Shown here: in pieces, positions 56,401 to 64,000 of the stretch | Layout: every line of letters begins with the position of its first letter | Numbering within the stretch: the first letter of the stretch is position 1 | Source of the DNA: an uncultured Chloroflexia bacterium | Lineage (GTDB): Bacteria; Chloroflexota; Limnocylindria; QHBO01 | DNA: 64,000 nucleotides | Assembly (NCBI GenBank): GCA_963810925.1 | Contig: CAWEPF010000008.1 | Span: 57,994-121,993 of the forward strand | Direction: 5' to 3' | Notes under the pieces: generated by a model | The model's input: the letters and a program-made list of their open reading frames with translations, nothing else | Told to the model about the DNA's origin: nothing | The model's database searches: none | Program-made: the position numbers and the translations under genes

Positions 56401-57411
56401 ATGACGCTCGTGGTCGACACCATCACCAAGCGCTTCGGCGACGTGCTCGCACTGGACGGCGCGAGCTTCACCGCGGAGCCGGGGCACATCTTCGGCCTGC
56501 TGGGCGCGAATGGCGCCGGCAAGACGACGAGCATGCGGATCGTGCTCGACATCCTCCGTGCTGACAGCGGCTCGGTGACCTGGCAGGGCAAGCCCAACAC
56601 GGCTGTTCCGCGCCGGACGTGGGGCTATCTGCCCGAAGAGCGCGGCCTGTACCTGGGCATGACCGTCATGGAGGTCCTGCGCTTCTTCGCACGCCTGTAC
56701 GGGGTCTCCAGCGCGGACGCGACCCGCGAGGTCGAGGACTGGCTGGAGCGGTTCCGGGTCCCCGACTACCGCGACCGGAAGATCCAGGAGCTGTCCAAGG
56801 GCAACCAGCAGAAGATCCAGTTCATCGCGGCCATCCTCCACGACCCCGACGTCCTGATCATGGACGAGCCGTTCAGCGGCCTGGACCCGGTCAACGTCCA
56901 GCTCCTCAAGGAGGCGTTCCTCGAGATGCGGCGCCGCGGGAAGGCGCTCATCTTCTCGACCCACCAGATGGAGACGGTCGAGGAGCTGTGCGAAACGATC
57001 GTGATCATCGATCACGGCCAGGTCGTGGTCGGTGGCTCGGTGCGGGACGTGAAGCGGGCCATGGGTCGGCAGGTGGTCCGCCTGGCGGCGGATGGCCCGA
57101 ACGGAACCGATGGCCTGGCCTGGGTCGAGCAGATGCCCGGTGTCACGCTCACCCGTCGGGGCGAGGACTACCTGGAGCTCCATGTTCGGACCGATACCGA
57201 TCCGGAGACGCTGCTCACGGCCGCCCTCGAGCGCGGTGAGCGGGTGACGCGCTTCGAGATCGCCGACCCGTCGCTGGAGGAGGTCTTCATCGAGCACGTC
57301 GGCCAGCCCGCGACGACCGGGGAGGAGCGCCACCTGGCCCCGAGTCGCGGGAACGAGCCGGCAGGAAGTGATCCAGCGGGGAACGACACCGAAGGCGGAG
57401 AGGCGGCCTGA
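56401..57411 (+). CDS. ABC-2 type exporter ATP-binding protein
   Basis: Walker A is GANGAGKTT, the signature is LSKGNQQK and Walker B is VLIMDEPFSGLD. A C-terminal accessory domain is present. Confidence 0.9.
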   Translation: MTLVVDTITKRFGDVLALDGASFTAEPGHIFGLLGANGAGKTTSMRIVLDILRADSGSVTWQGKPNTAVPRRTWGYLPEERGLYLGMTVMEVLRFFARLYGVSSADATREVEDWLERFRVPDYRDRKIQELSKGNQQKIQFIAAILHDPDVLIMDEPFSGLDPVNVQLLKEAFLEMRRRGKALIFSTHQMETVEELCETIVIIDHGQVVVGGSVRDVKRAMGRQVVRLAADGPNGTDGLAWVEQMPGVTLTRRGEDYLELHVRTDTDPETLLTAALERGERVTRFEIADPSLEEVFIEHVGQPATTGEERHLAPSRGNEPAGSDPAGNDTEGGEAA

Positions 57412-58689
57412 TGCTGAACCTGTTCCCCAATGCCTGGACGGTGGCCGCCCGCGAGTACCGGGTCCGGGTCCGGAGCCGCGTCTTCAAGATCGCGACGGTC
57501 GTCCTCGCCCTGGTGGGCCTGGGGCTGGCGCTCATGCCGGTGGCGATCAAGGCGCTCGGGTTCGACCAGCCGTCAACCGTCGCGGTATACGGCGCGGCAC
57601 CCGACGTGGCCGACGCGGTGACCGCGATGGTCTCGACCCTCGACGCAGGAACCCAGGTGACGGTGGACGCGAGCGCGGTGGACGACGCGGACGCGGCGCG
57701 TGCGGCCGTCGCCGCCGGCGACAGCGATGGCTTGGTCACCATCGATCGAGGCAACGACGACGACCTGACGTTCGACTTCTACACGTCCGAGGGGCCGACC
57801 AGCAGCCTGCTGTTCATCGTCAATTCGACCGCTCAGCAGGTGACCGTGGGTGATCGGCTGCAGCGCGCGGGGGTGGATCCGGAGCAAGCGGGAGTGATCT
57901 TCGCCCCGACCACCTTCGACGTGACCCCGGTTGACCCGAACGCCACCAACCCCGAGGACAACTTCGGGTCCACGCTACGTGCTCGCCACCGCCCTACTGG
58001 TCCTCATGTTCATGGCCGTGATCACCTACGGCCAGTGGGTGACGGCCAGCGTCGTGGAAGAGAAGTCGAGCCGGGTCATGGAACTGCTGATCACCGCAGC
58101 CACGCCCCGTCAGCTGCTGCTCGGGAAGGTCGTGGGGGCAGGTGGAGCGGGCCTGACCCAGTACCTCGTCGTATTGGGCGCGGCCATGGCCGGGCTCTTC
58201 CTTCAAGCTCCGCTGACCCGGCTTCTCCTCGGGGAAGATGCCGGCTCCGTCGACGTATCTGGCCTCGATCCGGCGCTGCTGGTCGTGGTGGGCCTGTTCT
58301 TCGTGGGCGGATTCGGCCTGTACGCCACGCTTTTTGCGGCCGTGGGCTCCACCGCGTCGCGTCAGGAGGACGTCCAGACCATCACCGGCCCACTGATCAT
58401 CCTCTCGGTCGCTGGCTACCTGGTCTCGTTCGCTGCCCTGAACGCTCCGGATGCCCCGTGGGTCCGGCTCCTGTCGTTCATCCCCTTCTTCAGCCCGTAC
58501 CTCGTCCCGATCCGTATGGTGCTCGGATCGGTCGCCCCATGGGAGATCGGACTGGCGCTCGTCCTGCTGGCCGGGGGAGTCGTGGTCGCCATCTGGGTCG
58601 CGGGCCGGATCTACTCGGCCGGTGTCCTGCTGTATGGCCAGCAGACGGGGCTGCGCGCCGTATGGCGCGCTGTCCGCGTCAACCGCTAG
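57411..58689 (+). pseudogene. ABC-2 type (NatB-like) exporter permease, frame disruption at ~57965-57980
   Basis: The N-terminal TM helix and large extracytoplasmic loop are in ORF 57411..58787. The TM bundle (YVLATALLVLMFMAVITYGQWV..EEKSSRVMELL..) is in ORF 57931..58689. Confidence 0.8.
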
Positions 58690-58940
58690 GGCAGCTCACT
58701 CGGAGCTACTTTCTTGCAGCTCGTAGAGGTCCGTTGTTCCACCTGGTGAATGTATCGGCCAACGGGCGTGGCCTTCATCCGTTCTGATGTCCAGGACGTG
58801 GCCATTTGTGCCGGAGCTCGGTCGGTTCGGCCGGCCTCGCTAGGCGACGATCGTTGAAACCGCGTGATCTTGGCCGTTGTCTCCACCCCTTGGAACAACG
58901 CGCGCAGGCCGGGCCGAGGCGAGCGCCCGGAGAGAGAGCG

Positions 58941-60353
58941 TTAGGCCGCCTTCACGCCTGCGACGAGGGCCTGGACGGTGGCCTTCGCGTCCCCGAACAG
59001 CATCGCGGTCTGCGGCTCGCCGTAGAGCGGGTTGTCGATCCCGGCAAAGCCCGAGGCCATGCTCCGCTTGAGCACGATCACGTTGTGCGCCTTGTCCACG
59101 TTCAGGATGGGCATGCCGTAGATGGGCGAGGTCGTATCGGTTCGGGCCGAGGGGTTGGTCACGTCATTGGCACCGATGACCAGCGCGACGTCGGCGTTCG
59201 CGAAGTCGTCGTTGATCTCGTCCATCTCCTTGAGCCGGTCGTACGGGACGTTGGCCTCGGCCAGGAGGACGTTCATGTGGCCCGGCATGCGGCCGGCCAC
59301 CGGGTGGATGGCGAACTGGACGTCCACCCCGCGGGCGATGAGCAGGTCCATCAGCTCACGGACCGGGGTCTGGGCCTGGGCAACGGCCATTCCGTAGCCG
59401 GGGACGATGATCACGCTCTTGCCGTAGGCCATGAGCACCGCGGCATCCTCCGCGTTGATCGTGCGGACGGCCTGCTCCCCGGCGTCACCGGCCACGGCCG
59501 TTCCACCGCCGGTCCCGAACGCCCCGAATAGGACGTTGAGGAGCGAACGATTCATGGCCCGGCACATGAGCTGGGTGAGGATCGCGCCCGACGCGCCGAC
59601 CAGGGTTCCAGCGATCAGCAGCGCGTAGTTGCCCAAGACGAATCCGGTGGCGGCCACCGCGATGCCGGTGTACGAGTTCAGCAGGCTGATGACAACCGGC
59701 ATGTCCGCCCCGCCGATGGGCATCACGATCAACACCCCGGCCAGCAGGGCGAGGCCCACGAAGACCAGGAACAAGGTGACGTCGTTCGTGAAGAAGGCCA
59801 GCGCCACGGCCAGGCCCAGCAGGGCGACGAGGATGGCCCCGGCCACGAAGCGCGACCCGGGGTAGGTCACCGGGCGAGGCGCCACGAATCCCTGGAGCTT
59901 GCCGAAGGCGATGACCGAGCCGGTCAGTGAGACCGAACCGATGACCGCGCCCAGCAGGGTGGCAATCATCGGAATGGCCGGCAAAAGGTCCGCCCCGGGA
60001 CCCGCCTCGGAGGTCGCGGTCAGGAACTCGGACAGGGCCACGACGGCCGCCGCCCCGCCGCCGGCGCCGTTGAAGATGGCGACCATCTGGGGCATGGCGG
60101 TCATCGGTACCCGGCGCGCGCCGACCACGCCGATGACCGTGCCGATCAGTCCGCCCACGACGAGGACCCACCAGTTGTTCAGCAGGCCCTCGGTGGTGGC
60201 GATGGTCCAGGCCACGACCAGGATCATCCCGCCCGCGCCGAGCAGGTTCCCGGTGCGTGCGGTCTTGGGCGACGCGAGGAACTTGAGCGCCAGGATGAAC
60301 GTGATGGCGCCGACCAGGTAGACGCCGTAGGTGGCGAGCTGAAGGGTCGTCAT
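58941..60353 (-). CDS. pntB: NAD(P) transhydrogenase subunit beta
   Basis: 470 aa. It has an N-terminal polytopic domain and a C-terminal NADP(H) domain (VIIVPGYGMAVAQAQ..GRMPGHMNVLLAEA..VIGANDVTNP). Confidence 0.95.
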   Translation of the reverse strand: MTTLQLATYGVYLVGAITFILALKFLASPKTARTGNLLGAGGMILVVAWTIATTEGLLNNWWVLVVGGLIGTVIGVVGARRVPMTAMPQMVAIFNGAGGGAAAVVALSEFLTATSEAGPGADLLPAIPMIATLLGAVIGSVSLTGSVIAFGKLQGFVAPRPVTYPGSRFVAGAILVALLGLAVALAFFTNDVTLFLVFVGLALLAGVLIVMPIGGADMPVVISLLNSYTGIAVAATGFVLGNYALLIAGTLVGASGAILTQLMCRAMNRSLLNVLFGAFGTGGGTAVAGDAGEQAVRTINAEDAAVLMAYGKSVIIVPGYGMAVAQAQTPVRELMDLLIARGVDVQFAIHPVAGRMPGHMNVLLAEANVPYDRLKEMDEINDDFANADVALVIGANDVTNPSARTDTTSPIYGMPILNVDKAHNVIVLKRSMASGFAGIDNPLYGEPQTAMLFGDAKATVQALVAGVKAA

Positions 60354-60691
60354 GCGCCGCCGCCCTTGCCGTCCGCCTTCTCGTCGCCCTTGCCGGGGCG
60401 TGATCGGAACATCTCAAGCATGCGGTCGGTGACCACGAAGCCACCCACCACGTTGACCGTGCCCAGGATGATCCCGATCAGGCCCAGCGCCAGCTGGAGC
60501 GGCGAGTCCGCGGTTGCGGTCACGATGATCGCGCCTACCACCACGACGCCATGGATCGCGTTGGCGCCCGACATGAGGGGCGTGTGGAGCATGGTCGGCA
60601 CCTTGCTGACCACCTCGTAGCCCACGAACGCGGTCAGGACCAGGATGAAGATGGCGTCGACCAGGGCCTGGGGATCGAGTGCCTCGGTCAT
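60350..60691 (-). CDS. pntAB: NAD(P) transhydrogenase subunit alpha part 2 (membrane)
   Basis: 113 aa with 3 TM helices and LHTPLMSGANAIHG. It has ATGA overlaps on both sides. Confidence 0.9.
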   Translation of the reverse strand: MTEALDPQALVDAIFILVLTAFVGYEVVSKVPTMLHTPLMSGANAIHGVVVVGAIIVTATADSPLQLALGLIGIILGTVNVVGGFVVTDRMLEMFRSRPGKGDEKADGKGGGA

Positions 60692-61854
60692 GGCTTGGCC
60701 TGCCCGCCGTCCTGCGCCTCAAGCGCCTTGGCGGTCGCCTCGTGGACGATCTTGCCGCCGTGGGTGATGGTCGCGCCCCTCGTGATCTCGTCCTCCAGGT
60801 CCAGCGTCAGTGTTCCGTCCTTGACCAGGTGGTCGACCAGGGTCTGGATGTTCTTGGCGTACATCTGGCTGGCGTGGGTCGGAAGGGTGGCCGGCAGGTT
60901 CAGGGTCCCGATGATCGTGACGTCGTGGACGACCGCCTCACGGCCCGGCTCGGTCAGCTCGCAGTTGCCGCCGGCCTCGGCGGCCATGTCCACGATCACA
61001 CTGCCCGGCTGCATGGTGGCGACCATGTCCGCGGTGATCAGCTTCGGCGCAGGGCGGCCGGGGATCAGGGCGGTGGTGATCACGAAGTCCGCGGCTTGCA
61101 CCCGCTCGGCGATGAGCTCGCGCTGGCGGCGCTGGTAGTCCTCGTTCATCTCGCGCGCGTAGCCGCCGGTCGTCTGGGCCGCCGCCTTCTCCTCATCGGT
61201 CATGGGGACCTCGATGAAGATGCCGCCCAGGCTCTCCACCTGCTCCTTGACCACGGGGCGGACGTCGAACGCCTCCACCACGGCGCCCAGCCGTCGCGCG
61301 GTACCGATGGCCATGAGCCCCGCCACCCCCGCACCCATGACGAGGCCCCGGGCGGGACGGACGGTACCCGCCGCAGTGGTGAGCAGCGGGAAGAACTTTG
61401 GGAGCCGACTGGCGGCCAAGAGGACTGCCTTGTACCCACCCACCGTGCTCTGGCTGGAGAGCGAGTCCATGCTCTGGGCCCGCGTGATGCGCGGGATGGC
61501 ATCCATCGAGATGGAGGTGATGCCGCGCTCGGCCAGTCGCTCCGCAAGGGCCGGGTTGCTGAGCGTGCCGAGCGTCCCGATGAGGACGGTGTTGGGCCGC
61601 AGCATCTCGATCTCTTCGTTGCTGGGCCGTCCGACCCGCAGGACGAGATCAGCCTGTCCGTACAGCGCCGGGGCATCGGGAACGATGGTCGCGCCGGCCT
61701 CCGCGTACGCCGCGTCGGGAAAGTGGGCGCCCGCGCCGGCACCGGCCTGGACCAGGACGGTATTACCGGATGCGACCAGCTGGCCGGCGATCAGGGGCGT
61801 GAGCGCGGTCCGCGTTTCGCCTTCGGCGGTCTCGCGGGGGACGGCGATGTTCAT
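60688..61854 (-). CDS. pntAA: NAD(P) transhydrogenase subunit alpha part 1 (NAD(H)-binding)
   Basis: 388 aa from MNIAVPRETAEGETR, with the GAGVAGL Rossmann motif. The track ORF has an upstream extension to 62001. Confidence 0.9.
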   Translation of the reverse strand: MNIAVPRETAEGETRTALTPLIAGQLVASGNTVLVQAGAGAGAHFPDAAYAEAGATIVPDAPALYGQADLVLRVGRPSNEEIEMLRPNTVLIGTLGTLSNPALAERLAERGITSISMDAIPRITRAQSMDSLSSQSTVGGYKAVLLAASRLPKFFPLLTTAAGTVRPARGLVMGAGVAGLMAIGTARRLGAVVEAFDVRPVVKEQVESLGGIFIEVPMTDEEKAAAQTTGGYAREMNEDYQRRQRELIAERVQAADFVITTALIPGRPAPKLITADMVATMQPGSVIVDMAAEAGGNCELTEPGREAVVHDVTIIGTLNLPATLPTHASQMYAKNIQTLVDHLVKDGTLTLDLEDEITRGATITHGGKIVHEATAKALEAQDGGQAKP

Positions 61855-62035
61855 GCGGGCATCATCAAAGCGCAGGGCCTGCTGCGGAGTGAGCGATTGG
61901 GGCAGACAGACGACCGCGCCCTGGGGGCTACGGCCGGAGCGAGAGTCTACTCCAGCCAACCTGCGGCGCACAGCCAGCCCACCTCCGTCGAAAGGGCTCA
62001 CACGACCCCACCGGGGGTACTCCCCCTACCGCTTA

Positions 62036-62064
62036 TTGACCACTTATCAGTGGGTGTGTAGTTT
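62036..62064 (+). promoter_or_regulatory. Candidate sigma-70-type promoter for ppk (likely leaderless or very short leader)
   Basis: TTGACC (62036-62041), a 17-nt spacer, then TAGTTT (62059-62064). The ATG at 62073 lies only 8 nt after the -10 box. This is the only AT-rich patch in the pntAA-ppk divergent region. Confidence 0.4.
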
Positions 62065-62072
62065 CGAGGCCC

Positions 62073-64000
62073 ATGGCCGCGATCTTCCAGCGCAGAAAAA
62101 CGACGAACGGAAGGCGGCGGAACGGGCACAAAGAGGCCCACCGCTACCTCAACCGCGAGCTGTCGTGGCTCGATTTCAACGAGCGGGTCCTCGCGTTCGC
62201 GGGAGATCCAAAGCTGCCGCTCCTGGAGCGCGCGAAGTTCCTCGCCATCTGCGCTTCGAACCTGGACGAGTTCTTCCAGATCCGGGTCGCCGGCCTGAAG
62301 CGCCAGGAGGCTGCTGGGCAGCTGACCCGCTCGACGGACGGCATGACGGCCGGCGAGCAGCTGGCTGAGATCGGGACCCGGGTCCGCGACCAGGCGGATC
62401 GCCACGCGCGCGTCTTCTCCGAGGTGGTCCGGCCCGGCCTGGCGACTGAAGGCGTCCCGGTCGTGCGGTGGCGCGAGCTGCCGAGGCCGCCCAGAGCGAG
62501 CTACGCCAGGCATATACCGAGCAGATCTTCCCGGTCCTCACCCCACTCGCCGTCGACCCGGGCCACCCGTTCCCGTACATCTCGAACCTTTCGCTGAACC
62601 TGGCGGTGCTGGTCAAGGACAACGGTGACCGGCGCCGGCTGTTCGCCCGGATCAAGGTCCCACCCCTGCTCCCCCGGTTCATGTCCGTGGAGCACGAGGA
62701 CGGCGCGCGGGCGTGGGTTCCGCTGGAGGAGGTCATCTCAGCCAACCTCGACACGCTCTTCCCCGGCATGACCGTGGCCGACTCGTGGGCGTTCCGGGTG
62801 ACCCGCCACTCGGACCTCGAGATCGACGACGACGAGGCGGAGGACCTGCTCGAGACCATCGAGGAGGAGCTTCGTCGGCTGCGGTTCACCCGTGCGGTGC
62901 GACTCGAGGTGGAGACGGGGATGCCCGACCACGTCATCGCCCTCCTGACCCGCGAGCTCCAGATCAACCGATCCGACGTCCATGAGCTGCCCGGGCCGTT
63001 GGGATTGGTGGACCTGTGGAGCCTGTATGCCCTCGATCGGCCGGACCTCAAGGCCGCGCCGTTCTTCCCGGTCACGCCCCGGGCCCTGGCCCCGACCACG
63101 GATGGACCGGCTGACATCTTCGGCGTGCTGCGAACGCGCGACGTGCTGGTCCAGCACCCATACGACTCGTTCGCCGGGACCGTGCAGGCCTTCATCGAGC
63201 AGGCGGCATCGGACCCATCGGTCCTGGCCATCAAACAGACCCTGTACCGCACCTCCGGCGAGAGCCCCATCGTCGACGCCCTCGTCCGCGCGGCGGGATC
63301 GGGCAAGCAGGTCGTGGTCCTGGTCGAGCTCAAGGCACGGCTCGACGAGCAGGCCAACATCGCGTGGGCCAAGAAGCTGGAGCAGGCCGGCTGCCACGTC
63401 GTGTACGGGCTCATCGGTCTGAAGACTCACTGCAAGGTCTGCCTGGTCGTCCGCCAGGAGGGAACCGTGGTCCGGCGCTACGTGCACATCGGCACCGGCA
63501 ACTACAACCCGACCACCGCGCGCGTGTACGAGGACCTGGGCCTGCTGACGTCGGACGAGAAGCTGACCGCGGACGTCACCCACCTGTTCAACGTGCTGAC
63601 CGGCTACTCCCGGCGCTCGGACTACGAGTCACTGATCGTCGCCCCCATCAACCTGCGGCGGCGGATGGTCGAGATGATCGAGCGCGAGGCCGAGCGGTCC
63701 AAGCCCGAAAAGCCGGGTCACATCATGTGGAAGATGAATGCCCTGGTGGACGACCAGATCGTCGACGCGCTGTATGCCGCTTCGCAGGCGGGCGTGAAGA
63801 TCGACCTGGACGTGCGCGGGATCTGCACCCTGCGCCCCGGCGTGCCAGGGCTGTCCGAGACGATCCGGGTCCGCTCGATCGTGGGCCGCTTCCTCGAGCA
63901 CTCGCGGATCTATCGGTTCGGGAACGGCAAGCACTCGGAGTTCTGGATCGGCAGCGCGGACATGATGGATCGCAACCTGGATCGCCGAGTGGAGGTCCTG
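62073..64000 (+). pseudogene. ppk: Polyphosphate kinase 1, frame disruption at ~62478-62485; 3' end beyond window
   Basis: The N-terminus is [30 protein letters not shown], in ORF 62073..62597. From 62483 the next frame is open to the window end and is therefore absent from the track. It reads [51 protein letters not shown]. Confidence 0.9.

Noticed and set aside
58686-58898. A 70-aa minus-strand ORF in the pntB / ABC-2 spacer, plus a 31-codon plus-strand ORF starting near 58755.
   Set aside because: Neither has an RBS, a hydrophobic or other recognisable pattern, or codon usage typical of the window. They are treated as non-coding.

Overview
High-GC (about two-thirds G+C by eye) chromosomal segment with an actinobacterial or Chloroflexi-like gene repertoire. 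It is densely coded, with about 65 genes, mostly on the minus strand, and many are translationally coupled through ATGA, GTGA or TGATG overlaps. I found no rRNA, tRNA, CRISPR array, transposase or integrase.

Main content:
- A tandem array of at least three paralogous zinc-ribbon / class III nucleotidyl cyclase / STAND-type ATPase / TPR genes (1..7465). This is the most unusual feature of the window.
- A strong coenzyme F420 theme: a cofD-cofC-cofE operon plus four F420-type enzyme families (Ddn/DUF385, two LLM, PPOX).
- A dispersed reductive pyrimidine / beta-alanine catabolic set: dihydropyrimidinase, beta-ureidopropionase with an adjacent LLM oxidoreductase, a class III aminotransferase and a NitT/TauT-type ABC importer. 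No recognisable dihydropyrimidine dehydrogenase is present.
- Housekeeping genes: acs, asd, hom, pntAA-pntAB-pntB and ppk1.
- Transporters: MFS x2, EamA, MscS, CPA2 and an ABC-2 exporter.
- A small envelope-modification cluster and a PadR-controlled cupin/glyoxalase cluster.

Eleven frame disruptions in nine otherwise well-conserved genes suggest either indel-type assembly errors or gene decay. Long antisense ORFs in the track are GC-driven artefacts. All functional calls come from motif recognition in the translated ORFs, not from database searches.
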